This document shows, in pieces, positions 11,711 to 24,339 of a stretch of 64,000 bases of DNA (the stretch's first letter is position 1; the number at the start of each line of letters is the position of its first letter). The notes under the pieces are model-generated. The model was not told the DNA's origin. It searched no databases and was given only the letters and a program-made list of their open reading frames with translations. A program made the position numbers and the translations under genes. The stretch lies in NCBI GenBank assembly GCA_965287045.1, contig OZ336888.1:22258001-22322000 (forward strand), written 5' to 3'. This DNA is from Carcharhinus amblyrhynchos. Taxonomy: Eukaryota.

Positions 11711-14404
11711 CCCCCCCCCCAAAAGTTCAGAACAGAGGACGCACTGATTCTTTTCAAGATATTTCAAACCTATTGCATTTACACCCAAGGGGTTTATTTT
11801 TTGACTACTGTTAGCAATTAAGCAGCATCGTCCATGACTTCATACAGAATAAAGAAATTCTTAATTATGGAACTTTTTTTCTCTCTCTCATATCTAAAGG
11901 TGTGAGGATTACAATTATGGCGTGATTACTTTCCATTTCATTTTCAGTATTACAGTGACTATAAAACAGATAACTTATTCTCCTGAACTCATGCTTCATT
12001 TGAAACAATCAAACCCATTTTCCTCTCTGGAAATGAATTTTGAAGGTCAAACAACAATCTCCTTCAAACTTTCAATAGTCAGTTTAAACACTTCCAATCT
12101 CTTTTCTGTCATTTGTATTCAGAGTTGTGTGCACAACACTGCAAAAATCTTAACTTCCAGCCCACCCGTGAACGGCAAGAGGTTAAAAACCATCTTGTTC
12201 TTCATACACTTAATGCATTTAAATACAAAGTGCTATCACTTTTTCATCAGATTTAAATGCAAAGATTGCGCAGGGACATGATTGAACAGGTACCTTTGTG
12301 AGTAAGCATCCCAGATCTCAGCAGGACATTGTACTGAACACACAGGGCACAACAGGGATTCTTGTTGCAAAGCAGCGTGGACTAAATGATGTTTGAAAAT
12401 GCTTTCAGCTAATCGTACCACGTTCATCCACTTAGCAATGTGCCACTGGGGTTTCTAGTCACCAGTGCAAGATCGGACGATCCCTCAGGGAATGTCCTGA
12501 TGAAGTTACCAACAACTACCAGGGGCATAATTTCTATCACTGGAATCCTATTCATCTGAAGTGGCCTTGTGAGATGATCTACCGAGCTCTGTTCGTTTTT
12601 TTTCTATTACAGAAACAATTATTTAACGTGGTTAATGTTTTTTCATTTATATGATATGGATACATCAAAGAGAAACAATATTTTATTCTCCCTGACTATT
12701 TTTGGCTGTTAATATCTGCTCCAAGGTATAGCCTGTAGTGTCGATTATCATTTAGAATAGCTGAAAGGGTTGCACACTGCTTTCCTGGTGGCACAGTCGT
12801 TCTTCATTTGCCTCGAACATGTTTAGGACTCCATTTAAAAAACATTTGTGAAATGAAAATCTCTCTTGCTGTTACAGAGAAAATGTTCCATTAATAACTT
12901 TACCAATTATACAGTCATACTCATTCTGGCTACAAGAATCCTCTGACATTTCTGTTCCATCTACCTAAAACGTACTAAAGAAATGTTCTCAACAATTCCC
13001 TTTTCCTTTAAAGGTTTTATTACCTGTCCATTAGCGATTCTTTTTTCTCCCCTCTCTCCATTTCTGTCATATGTCGGCTGGATTACTGAATTGTGTCGCT
13101 TTAATCCTTAGGAATGACAACTGTGATCTGAGTTAAATATATAATTTATATTATTAAAGTGGAGTACAGCAGTTGGAATATTTCAGCTATAATTCTTTAA
13201 TGGTTGGATGTGACACAGCTCTTCGTATTGCAAGTGTTCTGTCATTCTTGGTCAGTGCTTAGAGGTTAGGATTTGCTGTAAAAGAAACAGAAAATGTAAC
13301 AATCAGCTAAGTAAAGATTCAAGTACAATGCGGGGTCAACAACATAATCTATGAAATCCTGATCAATTAATGTTCTCTACTTTCATCCAACTATATCCAT
13401 TAATATTTTGTCTGACTTTCAACCTCATTCTTCACAGGGTTGTATTTTTTTCCCTTTTTAAATGATTCGGTCAACGTTGACTACAACATTATGACTGTAC
13501 TACTTTAGCACTACTGTACGGAGTTCATTTTCATCTCTCACCTTGCATGAGATGTATTACTTTTTACTCTAACTTTATGATGAAAGTTCAAGACAAGCAA
13601 TTTGCTTAAATCTACCCTTATCCTTTCTTTTCATCATTTTAACGAGCTGGATAATAAACCCCTTTGATCTTTTTTTTCTGCATTACTAATGAGTTCAGCT
13701 CCATGAGTCTCCCGACATAACTTGTGGCCTGAAATTATACTGGTTGAATATTATCATATGGTCATATAAAAGGTTCACATGAAATTCCTTTGCTGATTTA
13801 ATGGAGGTGTTAAACTACTTAAAATCAACAAGTTGACGCTTTCCACGAAAGTGGAACATAAAGGTATTTCATATAGATGTGTTGAGCATTTGTATATTAA
13901 CATCCAAAAACTTAATTTTTTGGTCTTAAATTTTAGAATCAGTCTTGCCACTCCTATTTCTAATATATTTGCATCAGAGCTGGAATGTTTAGAATATTCT
14001 GCGTCTTTGCTAATGAGTCCAGAGAGATTAAGATTGTCTGTCTTTAGTTATCATCAAATCTTCTGAAGATATAGCTCAGGAATTGATTGGCCTTCTCAAT
14101 AACAATTTCACGTCAAAGGCAAACTTACAGCGAATGATGAATAATCACTTCTAAATCATTCCTATCTCATCCAATGAGCACCATTTATAATGTGCTAATG
14201 GTTCACATTCCCCATTTTCCTCATTACCTTTCATTTATCCTTTGAAGATGTATCTTGGTTGGTGATAAGTTACTCATTTTCATTTTCGGTTCTAGTGATG
14301 AAAAAGTACTTTGCAACGAAAGTGCTTTTGTTATAATTTCTGACTGTTATATGAATACATTTGTAATTCTCTAGGAAGCTTGATTAAAATGTGGACTCTG
14401 TCCA

Positions 14405-14735
14405 AACTTCCCGCTGCCTTGAAAAGCAAGCAGTATAATCAAGGACCCCACGCACCCCGGACACGCACTCTTCCATCAGGAGAAAGATACTAATGTCTGA
14501 GGACATGTCCCATCTACTCAAGGACAGCTGCCATCAGACTTTTGAATTGACCTACCTTATATTAACCTGATCTTTTTCTATACCCTAACTATAACTGTAA
14601 CACTACATTCTGCACCCTGTCTTTCTCTTCTCCCCTATGTACTCTATAAACTGTATGCTTTGTCTGGAAAGCGCGCAAGAAACAATGCTTTTCACTGTAC
14701 GTCAATACACGTGGCAACAGTAAATCAAATCAAAT
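14405..14735 (+). mobile_element. Rex1/Babar-type LINE 3' end
   Basis: Homologous to 16790-17330 and 60770-61320; tail taaatcaaatcaaat. Confidence 0.8.
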
Positions 14736-15207
14736 GAAGAAGTGCTTTCAGAAATGGCAATTAAAACTTGCATCATTTAAGTGCTTGATCCACTGATGAG
14801 ATACTCATTCAAAAGCTTTATGAGCGACCGTAAAACTACAGCAAAGATTGAGACAGCAGGGTTCACGTTCCGCAGTACACCCAAAGGCACAATACAAGAA
14901 CAAATGTAAGTATCCACAGAAAGTCTTTGGGCCTGGAGTCATTGTGGTTGCTGAGATTCTTGCAATTTTTGCTTTATCCGCTCTGTTTTAGTTGTGTCAG
15001 CATCACAATTCCTCCCCCATTGACATGGACAATGCTAGCTAAACCCATCAGGATGTGTGGAAATGGTAGTCCTGAGAATGAAAATGTATATTTGGAAACA
15101 ATCTGAAGGTGAATCTTGAAGATTTCAAGTGATGGGACTGTGACTATTTTTATTGGTAGCTTGTTTCACTGCGGGATTGTTCTTGGGAAGAAAAAATAGT
15201 TGATGCA

Positions 15208-15430
15208 CTGTGTGGTAGTGTGCTCCTTTAAGGAACAAGCTCTCAGAGGGTTTGTCCAGTCAGGCCAAAGCATGTGAATCCTAGAGCTGACCATGGGTTA
15301 TCCTTGCCAGTTAGGAGTCTGGAGTCATGCAGTGGGGTAACCTTTATATCAATCTCTGCACATGGTTACTTACTTTAATAAACCATTCATTTGTTCATCT
15401 ACTTGGTAGTTGCCTATGTTTGCAAAATAC
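15208..15430 (+). mobile_element. Probable solo LTR
   Basis: Starts tgtggtagtgtgctcctttaagg, has an aataaa signal, ~220 bp, no ORF. Confidence 0.4.
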
Positions 15431-15439
15431 TTCAAGTTT

Positions 15440-15737
15440 AAGTTTTAAAGTTTATTTTGTTAGCGTCACAAGTTGGCTTATATTATCACTGCAATTAAGT
15501 TACTGTGAAAATCCTTTAGTCGCCACACTCCGGCGCCAGTTCAGGACACAGAGAGAATTTAGCATGGCAATGCATCTAACCAGCACATCTTTCGGATTGT
15601 GGGAGGAAACCGGAACATCCAGAGGAAACCCACGCTGACACGTGGAGAAGGTACAGTCTCTGCACAGACAGTGACCCAAGCTGGGAATCGAACCCAAGTC
15701 CCTGCAGCTGTGCTAACCACTGTGCCACCATGCCGCC
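15440..15737 (-). mobile_element. HE1 V-SINE, type B tail
   Basis: Head ggcggcatggtggcacagtggttagc, B-box ggttcgattccc, tail ..cttgtgacgctaacaaaataaactttaaa. Confidence 0.9.
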
Positions 15738-16243
15738 AGCATTAATACATTAAACAATTCCAAACAGTCTTTTAACTACCTGCAGAGCTAACCTTCCCCA
15801 TATCTGTTCAGCAACTCCTTACAGATTTCTAAAACCCACATAATTCCTTCAATCTTACCATTTAATTTCTCTTGGCATGCTCTCTGAGGTTAACAACAGT
15901 TGTTCTTCAGGTCTGACTTTATTCACGCAGCTTGCTGGGAGGTAACAAGCAATTCCTACCGTCCGCTGAAATCTAAAACAGATACCTTCATAGGTTTCAC
16001 TATCTAATTAAATACATTCTTTCCTGTTGTTTTCTCCATTGTCTCACCCACCTCTTTAGAGATGCTCCCACCCAGACTTGAGCAATTTAATTTCTTTACT
16101 TTAAGTTTTAGAATTTAAAAGAAAAGTAAACTCTATCCATACCTTTACCTGTGATACCTTTCCTATATGCCCTGGATATCTTTTGACGCATTACAACCCA
16201 TTCAAATCTACTCCTGTATTTTAAACATTCTTACCAAATTACT

Positions 16244-16443
16244 GGCTGGAACTCTCTGGCCATTCACACTGTCCTGTCTTGCCAACAGCACATCCCTATC
16301 TGTGGGTTTCCTGCCAGTATGGCATGACATCAATGGGAGATCCCTTTGACAGCAGCGGCACCAGAGATTCCCACTGTTTGCAAACGATGCACCACCTCCC
16401 ACTAGCAGGAAACATGTGGCTGGGAGGCTGAAGAAATTCGCCC
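16244..16443. mobile_element. MITE, ~200 bp (related copies ~21700-21835 and 44723-44884)
   Basis: Ends ggctggaactctc / gaagaaattcgccc; shared internal gtgggtttcc..caatggga motif. Confidence 0.6.
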
Positions 16444-16789
16444 ACTATATGCATGCATCAGTTTTGAAGTCTTCCTAGGCTCATTACCATATCAAAGCCA
16501 CAGTTTAGATTCACACAGTCACTCTGTCCCTTGCTTCAATTATCTCTTGCATACTCCAACAGTTTAAAAAATATGACACAAATATTACCAACAGAAAAAC
16601 ATCTCAATTTCTTGGGTTTTCCTGGCACAAAACAGTATTGAAGAATAATATTGAAATATTGCAGTCCATTAGAGAATGTTTGATAACTGCAGGGACATCA
16701 GTTGTGCCCCAATGGCTAAAGCCTCACGTGAAGTCACTAAGTTTATTAGCTGTTGCTGCAGATTCCTTTGATTCCAATATGCAATATCC

Positions 16790-17330
16790 ACCAATGCCTC
16801 TACCTTCTCAGAAGACAAAGGAAATTTGGCATGACCACTATGATCCTCACCAACTTTTACAGATGCACCATAGAAAGCATTCTTTCTGGTTGTATCACAG
16901 CTTGATATGGCTCCTGCTCTGCCCAAGAGTGCAAGAAACTACAAAAAGTTGTGAATCTAGCCCAATCCAACACACAAATCAGCCTCCCATCCATTGACTC
17001 TGTCTATACTTCCCACTGCCTCAGCAAAGCAGCCAGCATAATTAAGGACCCCATGCACCCCACCTTCTTCCGTTGGGGAAAAGATACAAAAGTCTGACGT
17101 CGAACATCAAGCATTCAAGAACACCTTCTTCCCTGCTGCTGTCCGACTTTTGAATGGACTTATCTTGCAAAAGTTGATCTTTCTCTGCACCCTAACTATG
17201 ACTGTAACACCACATTCTGCACTCTCTCGTCATCTTCTCTATGAACGGTATGTTTTGTCTGTATAGCATGCAAGAAACAATACTTTTCATTGTATGTTAA
17301 TACATGTGACAATAATAAATCAAACCAAAA
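16790..17330 (+). mobile_element. Rex1/Babar-type LINE 3' fragment
   Basis: Encodes ..RKFGMTTMILTNFYRCTIESILSGCITA.YG (Rex1-like C-terminus); tail catgtgacaataataaatcaaa. Confidence 0.85.
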
Positions 17331-17554
17331 TGCTTCCCTTTGTCTTGGTCAGTCTTGGTGATATGTGAGAGGAATTTACTTATGAGTCTTATTACTCTAA
17401 TTTCTTCCACTGTTACTTAGTGCACATTCTAAAGCAGTGCAAGGGATAGGGTGCAGAAGGATAAAATAATGTCGCTGTCTCACAGAATCAAAAGAACCAC
17501 CAGGTTCACTCGAATTTTTTGTAAATTCACCACTGCCGCTTGAGAACACCACCA

Positions 17555-17685
17555 GCTGCATTGGCCATGCTAAATTCTCCCTCAATGTCCCTGAATAGGC
17601 GTCGGAGACTAGGGGATTTTCACAGTAACTTCATTGCAGTGTTAATGTCAGCCTACTTGTGACACTAATAAATGAAGTAAAACTA
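17555..17685 (+). mobile_element. HE1 type B 3' half
   Basis: cattggccatgctaaattctccctc..ttgtgacactaataaa. Confidence 0.8.
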
Positions 17686-17930
17686 GGCCATCACTATTGT
17701 CCCAAGTTGGAAGAGCTTATAGCTGGGTCTTCCCAGGAGCTGCTCACAAGGGTTTAGCTTCACTTCATTCATAGAGTCACCCATCGACATGCAAAACAGC
17801 TAGTTCAGTTCATCAAATGTTGACACTGAAGGCTGGTTCAATTCTGTACCACAAAAGCACTTTGGATTGAGCAGCAGTTATTATATTGTAGAATAAAACA
17901 GAAGGTGGCCATTTCCAAAATACTCAGTAT

Positions 17931-18610
17931 CAGGGTCCACAGGACTCTTAAATCGGCCTCGCAGGTGGAGGAGGTGGTCAAGAAGGCGTATGGTATACTG
18001 GCCTTCATTAATCGAGGGATTGAGTTTAGGAGTCGGAAGGTAATGCTGCAACTTTATAAGACCCTTGTCAGGCCTCATTTAGAGTATTGTGCGCAGTTCT
18101 GGTCGCCTCACTATAGGAAAGATGTAGAAGCTATTGAGAGGGTACAGAGGAGATTTACAAGGATGTTGCCTGGACTGGGAGGCATGCCTTATGAAGTTAG
18201 GTTGAGGAAGCTGGGACTCTTTTCCCTGGAGAGACGAAGGTTGAGAGGCGACCTGATAGAAGTTTACAAAATGTTGAGAGGAATAGATAGGGTGGACTCT
18301 CAGAGGCTATTTCCCTGGGTTGAAATGGTTGCTACGAGAGGACACAGATTTAAGGTACAGGGAGGGAAGTTCAGAAGTGATGTTAGGGGTAAGTTTTTCA
18401 CTCAGAGGGTGGTGAGTGAATGGAATCGGCTGCCGCCAGTGGTGGTGGAGGCGAACTCGCTGGGGTCTTTTAAAAGACTTCTGGATGAGTATATGGGGTT
18501 TAATGAGATTGAGGGTTATAGATAGGTCTGTAGGTTGGTAGGTGATGATGTGATCGGCGCAACTCGTGGGCCGAAGGGCCTGTTTGTGCTGTAGTGTTCT
18601 ATGTTCTATG
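17931..18610 (+). mobile_element. Young HER1/CR1 LINE, 5'-truncated; ~200 codons of ORF2 C-terminus open to the stop, then 3'UTR
   Basis: LYKTLVRPHLEYCAQFWSP..RGDLIEVYK..FFTQRVVSEWNRLP; tail (tgttcta)n; CpGs retained. Confidence 0.95.
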
Positions 18611-18649
18611 GAGGTGCAAACAGAGTTAACAGTTCAAGCCAATTGTTCT

Positions 18650-20385
18650 GTGACATAAACTTGCTCACAATTTGCATTAATGATTTGGATTTGGGGATTG
18701 GAATTATAATTCTAATGCTTGCAACTGACACATAATTCAGAGATTAGTTGATGCAAAAGAGGAATGTGTCAAAATATGGAGAACCATTAATAAGATTGCA
18801 GAATGGTGTGTAATTGGCAAATCAATTTCAATATGGCTTTGTGTGTGTGGGGGGAAGAATAAGGAGGCCACATTTAGCCTGGATACAAAGAGCCTGATTG
18901 AGATCGTGGAGCAAAAGAATTGGGGGATGGGAAACACAAATCGCCAAACATCGTGACGCAGCTTCACGAGGCCAGAGAAAACAAAACCAAGCATGGGGTT
19001 CGTTTCTTGAGGAATAGCAGAGAAGTTACGTTGAATTTTTATCAAACAGAACCTCAGTTAAACCACACCTGAAATGGCGGCGCAGGCTCGTTGGGCCTGT
19101 TTCCCTTGCTGCGTTGTTCTTTGTTTGTACTCCACACAGTTCTGGTCTCCGTATTGTCATAATGATGATGCCAAAATGGAAATGATTTATTGATGTTACA
19201 ATCCCTATTGGGGCCGATAACACTAAAAAAGAGATTTGAATTCCTAGTGACCTATGCAAAGAATCACACAAAAAGATGTCACATTTTGAGACTTTTACTG
19301 TAAAAACCAACTAAAATCAACATTAACTAATCATCACTTAGTAGGCAACTAATATACTAAAGTGCAGAATAGGTGCCCCCCTAGTGGAATGGAAAGCTCA
19401 TTCCCTGTTTATATGTTACACTGCTCTCTTGGTAGACATTGGCTTATATCTCCTGGCTCCCCAGCATCAGACTTGAGGGATACCCAAGTGGCATGGCAGC
19501 ACGGTGCTTAACACTGCTGCCTCACAGCACCAGGGACCTGGGTTCAATTCGGTCTCTGTCTGTGTGGAGTTTGCATGTTGTCCTCGTGCCTGCGTGGGTT
19601 TCCTCAGGGTGCTCCGGTTTCCTTGCACAGTCCAAAATGTGCAGGTTGGGGATGGATAGGCCATGCTAAATTGTCCTTTATTGTTAGGGGGGTTAGCAGG
19701 GTAAATATGTGTTGGTTATAGAGATGGGGCCTGGGTGGGATTGTTATTGGTGCAGGCTTGATTGGCCGAATGGCCTCTTTCTGCACTGTAGGGATTCTAT
19801 GATTATACCCCAAAGATGTGCTGGGGAAACTCTCTGGAAATCCCTTTGAGTTTCCTTGATGATAGATTGTATTCTTATTAACCCTCCACTTGGTGATTAC
19901 CCCAAAAAACATTTCTTTCCTTCTGCTTGGCGTAGCAGTACCTGTTGTACGTCTGGTATTTCTGTGAGTCTGTAAGCAGAAGTCTCTCTGTTTCTCCTTT
20001 TGTTTTCAGGTATGAATGCTGGCACATGAGTTTTAATAGGGCTTGCCCTGGGCACCCAGTCTTCATGGAAACCTGATCATTTGGGCTTCTCACCGGGCAG
20101 AACTAATAGTCGGTAATATGTTTTCTACTTTTCACCTTGAATTAAAGGAGATAGTTTAAACACAATCAACCTATAAAACCTTGCATTTGTAACACTGATC
20201 AGAAAGGGTCAATAAGCTGGGGCTTTTTACACTGGAAAGGAGAAAAGCTGGAGAATGATCTGACAGAGCTTTTTAAGGCAATGTAAGGATTTGATAGGTT
20301 AGGTGTAGAAATTATGTTTTCACATGTGGGAAGTGCCAAGACTGAATTCATAAATATAAGATAGTCACCAATAAGTCCAAAACGT
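18650..20385 (+). mobile_element. Very old CR1 RT remnant in pieces (18650-19090 and 20190-20385)
   Basis: ctcacaatttgcattaatgatttggat (~FTIYINDLD); ggctttttacactggaaaggagaaaagctg (~GLFTLERRRL). Confidence 0.6.
19490..19805 (+). mobile_element. HE1 V-SINE, type A tail
   Basis: Complete head, V-domain and gggattctatgatt tail. Confidence 0.9.
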
Positions 20386-20499
20386 GTTTTGTTGTTTGTG
20401 GCAGGGTGGGTGGGGAAGAGGGGGCTGGGGGGGTGGGGAAGAGATAGAGAGAGAGACGGGGAAGCAGGGGGTTGGGGGGTGGCGTGGTGGCGTACTTCC

Positions 20500-22075
20500 A
20501 TTCAGGATGTTCACACAAATTTTTATAACAACTGCAGGAGATTTATTTTAGATGTACAATTGTACAGGCTTCAATCTTCAACTGCCAGCAGCCTTTGGAA
20601 GCCCTGGTGATGTCATGGAGTTATCATGTGACCATCCTCTTGAAGGGGCCACACCCAACACACTAATTCCCCGAATACACAAAGTCCCTCCCCCTTTATT
20701 TCCAAGGTACCCCCAACCACCCCCCTCCTCACAAATCAATCACTGAGGTGCTTTTTACATAGCATCACCAATTTGGGTACACATGCAACTGGATGCAGCT
20801 GGACAAAACAGAACACAGTCAATATGATAGACGATCAGGAGGCCTTTGCCTGGTTGTTATATCCGTCACTTGGGCGTGATATTTCTTCCCTCGGAGAGGT
20901 TGTGGTATCATTCCCAATAGGGGAATTGGCAGCAGTGTTAAGGTCGTTAAGTCCTTTCAGGCTTTCTTGATGCTCCAGTAGTAGCAGATTCAACATCAGG
21001 AACGAGAGAGAGCTGTTACCTCGAGGTGTTTCTGGCAGGCTACTGTGGGCAGCCAGCAACCAGGTAGCCTGGCATTTCCAAACCAGTTCTTGATGTGGAC
21101 CATGTACAATATGGGGCCATTTGGAGCCAAGACAATTGCAGGTACCCATTTCTCCCAGATAGTATGACCACATGCCAGCACTGTCATTCCCTTGGTGAGA
21201 CAAGCATAATTTAGCACTCGCTTGTTCGTAAGATATCGGAGCAGAACTAGGTAACTCAGCCCATCAAATTAGCTCCGCCATTTGATCATGGCTGATATGC
21301 TCCTCATTCACATTTTCCTTCTTCCCATAAACCGTCAACCTATTACCAACTAAAACGTGTCTAACTCCTCCTTAAATTTACCCACTGTCCCAGCATCCAC
21401 TGCACTTTGGGATAGCGAATTCTACAGATTCACAACCCTTGCTTGTCTCCTGTCTAGTTGTGACTGCTGGTTTCACTCTATTATTGCTGATGTTTTTTGG
21501 AGTATTAACAGATAAAATGTCATTTGCCACTTCCTCTTCATAAGCAGCATAGATGAACTCTGTGTGGTTGTACATGTTGTATTCCCGCGGAATGTCAAAA
21601 AGCCACTGAGATGTTGGGTTAATGAGTCATGGTCTGGGGAATCTTTCAGTGTGTGATTCAGGAATTGCACAAATTCTTTAGTTATAGGGTGCTGATTTGA
21701 TGACTGGTATTTTCTGGCAGTTCGTGCCCCACCACTGCTGCAAGTGAGGACAGAGAACTTGGCACTCAGCCAAATCTCCGTTTATTGCAGCAGGATCAGA
21801 AAATCCTGCTGGAGTAAATGGCTGGAAAATTCTGCTTGATATGCTGGTTACCATTCCCCATGAGGTAATCTTCAAACCCTTGCTATGTAAACTGTAGCCC
21901 ATTGTCACTGACAATTCATTCTGGCTTGCCAAACTGGTGAAGACTTTTGGCTTCTCAATGGTTTTCTTTGTGTTGGTGGATTTCATCGCGATTATTTCTG
22001 GCCACTTAGAGCGCGCATCAACTATGACCAAGAGCATACACCCCTCTACTGAGCAAGATCAATATGGGGGCATTG
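20500..22075 (-). mobile_element. Gypsy LTR-retrotransposon 3' relic (integrase core and C-terminus, PPT, part of LTR)
   Basis: LVIVDARSKWPEIIAMKST (integrase core); EKWVPAIVLAPNGPILY (integrase C-terminus); minus-strand PPT aaagggggaggga near 20685-20697; interrupted by a CR1 end and a MITE. Confidence 0.75.
21232..21440 (-). mobile_element. CR1 3' end
   Basis: gatcatggctgatatg; gaattctacagattcacaaccct (RVVNL.NS). Confidence 0.8.
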
Positions 22076-22147
22076 CCACGGCACTTTGGGCAATTCTCAT
22101 GGGTGAAGGGGTAAAAATGGTGGTGATTTCCTCACCTGAGCACATGA

Positions 22148-22262
22148 CTGGAGGAAACCCACGCAGAGATGGGGAAAACATGCAAACTCCACAAAGATAG
22201 TCACCTGAGGCCGGAACAGATCCTTGGCATTGTGAGGCAGCAGCGCTAACCACTGTGCCGCC
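22148..22262 (-). mobile_element. HE1 SINE 5' half
   Basis: ggaggaaacccacgcaga..gtgaggcagcagcgctaaccactgtgcc. Confidence 0.8.
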
Positions 22263-22389
22263 TTCACCTCCTTCCACTTTTTCCCAAAAGAGAAAATTGA
22301 GATCTAGAATAACTGTAAAATACTAGGGATTTGGTACAGACTTAATGGGCCAAATGGCCTCCTTCTGCACAGTAGGATTCTATGATTCT

Positions 22390-23390
22390 TTGAAAATTCG
22401 TCACTTCTGGTGTCATTCCAGTAAATCTCCTTTGCACCAATGCTTGGGCTTTAACATCCTTCTTTAAATAGAGTGCCCAGAACTGAACACAGTGCTCCAA
22501 ATGTGGTCTGACCAATGATTTATAGAGGTGTAGCATCACTTCCTCGCTTTTATACCCTAAGCCTCCATTTATAAACCTTCTTAACAACTCATTCAACTTG
22601 GCTGGCCACCATCAGAGAATTATGCACTTGAATCCTGAGGTCCCTCTGCTCCTGTGCTCCCTTAAAACTGTACCATTGAGCCTGTGTTGTTTCCCCATTT
22701 TTCTTCCACCAAAATGCATTACCTCATACTTCGCTGCATTGAAATTCATCTGCCAAGTGTTTGCTCAGTTGGCCAACTTGTCCCTCTGAAGTCAGTGTCA
22801 TCCTCTCAATTCATCATCTTCCTTACCCTAGTATCATCTGCAAATTTAGAGATTTTGCCCCAACACCCATGCCTAAATCATTTATGTAAATCAGAAAAAG
22901 CAAGGGTCCCAACATGATCCCAGGGAACACCACTTTCAACTTGTCTGCAGTCTGAGAAATGTCCATCTATTACCTACCCTATGTTTCCTATCTCTTAGCC
23001 AATTTCTAATCCATACTGCCAAGGAGCCATCAATCCCAAACACTTCTAAGTAAAGTATATTTATTTGTCACAAGTAAGACTTACACTAACAGTGCAATGA
23101 AATTACTGTGAAATTCCCCTTGTCACCACACTCTGGCACCTGTCAATGCACCTAACCAACACATCTTTCAGAATGTGGGAGGAAACCGGAACACCCAGAG
23201 GAAACCCACGCAGACACAAGGAGAACTCACAATCTCCAAACAGACAGTGACCCAAGCCGGGAATCGTACCTCAGTCTCTGGCACTGTGAAGCAGCAGTGC
23301 TAACCACTGTGCTACCATGCCATGGGTTCAAACGGGTACTAATATGCTAACCAACCTGCCATGTGGCACCATATCAAATGCTTCAAAACA
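22390..23390 (-). mobile_element. CR1 ORF2 fragment, interrupted by a SINE
   Basis: LYKSLVRPHLEHCVQFW; tatcatctgcaaattt (KFADD); cccagggaacacc (VPQG-like). Confidence 0.85.
23048..23323 (-). mobile_element. HE1 V-SINE, type B
   Basis: Head, V-domain and type B tail. Confidence 0.88.
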
Positions 23391-23602
23391 GATTCTCTCG
23401 ATAACCAGCTGTAACTCTAATAGAAACCGCAGATAGAAGAGTGTAAATCATTATTTTCATCAATTGTATTTTTTTTCTGGATATCAACCTGGAACTTCAA
23501 GGTATTATTGGTAGTAGGGATGAATGACTAACTAATCTTTCCTTCAGAAACTCAAACTGTCAGCGAGGAGTTGGATGCAGTAAACAATTCATCAGCTCCA
23601 AT

Positions 23603-23890
23603 CGGCGTGGTGGCCCGGTAGTTAGCATTGCTGCCTCACACCACGTGAGAGTCAGGTTCGATTCCCAGCTCAGGTGACTGTTTGTGCAGAGTCTGCACAT
23701 TCTCCCCATGTCTGCATGGGTTTCCTTCAGGTGCTCCAGTTTCTTCCCAATAGTTAGATGCATTGGCCAAGCTAAATTCTCCCTCGGTGTACCAGAACAG
23801 GCGCTGGGTTGTGGCGATTGGGGGATTTTCACGGCAGCTTCACTGCAGTGTTAATGTAAGCCAACTTGTGACACTAATAAATAAACTTCA
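23603..23890 (+). mobile_element. HE1 V-SINE, type B
   Basis: B-box ggttcgattccc; tail cttgtgacactaataaataaact. Confidence 0.88.
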
Positions 23891-23934
23891 AAAAAGTCAC
23901 CAAATGTTCCAAAGTGCAAATGAATTGTCAGGTA

Positions 23935-24245
23935 GTACAGCATGGTGGCAAAGTGGTTAGACTGCTGCATCACAGTGCCAGAGACCCAGGTTCGATTCCT
24001 GGTTTGGGTCACTGTCTGCACGGAGTCTGCATATTCTCCCTGCGTCAGCATGGATTTCTTCCGGATGCTCTGGTTTCCTCCACACTCCAAAAATGTGTGA
24101 GTTAGCTGGATTGGCCATGTTAAATTGTCCATTAGTGTCAGGGGGATTAGCAGGCTCAATACTTGGGGTTACAGGATAGGGCCTGGGGGAGGGATCATTA
24201 TCAGATGCGGGCTCGATGGGCCTGTACTGTTGGGATCCGATGATT
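23935..24245 (+). mobile_element. HE1 V-SINE, type A
   Basis: Head, V-domain and ggggattagcagg..gatgggcc tail. Confidence 0.88.
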
Positions 24246-24339
24246 ATGGCAGCATCTAATTTCCAGAAAAATCCTATATTGTTAACATTTTTCTAATTTA
24301 CATATTGTGAACCTTTAACTTTTCAGAGGCGTGTTTTTG

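Noticed and set aside
12240-12310. Apparent small + strand exon (catcag|..acag|gtacct)
   Set aside because: Stop codons in all three frames
14793-14830. CTGATGAG motif resembling a hammerhead core
   Set aside because: No GAAA after a stem II and no stem I/III pairing; the same applies to ctgatga near 12497
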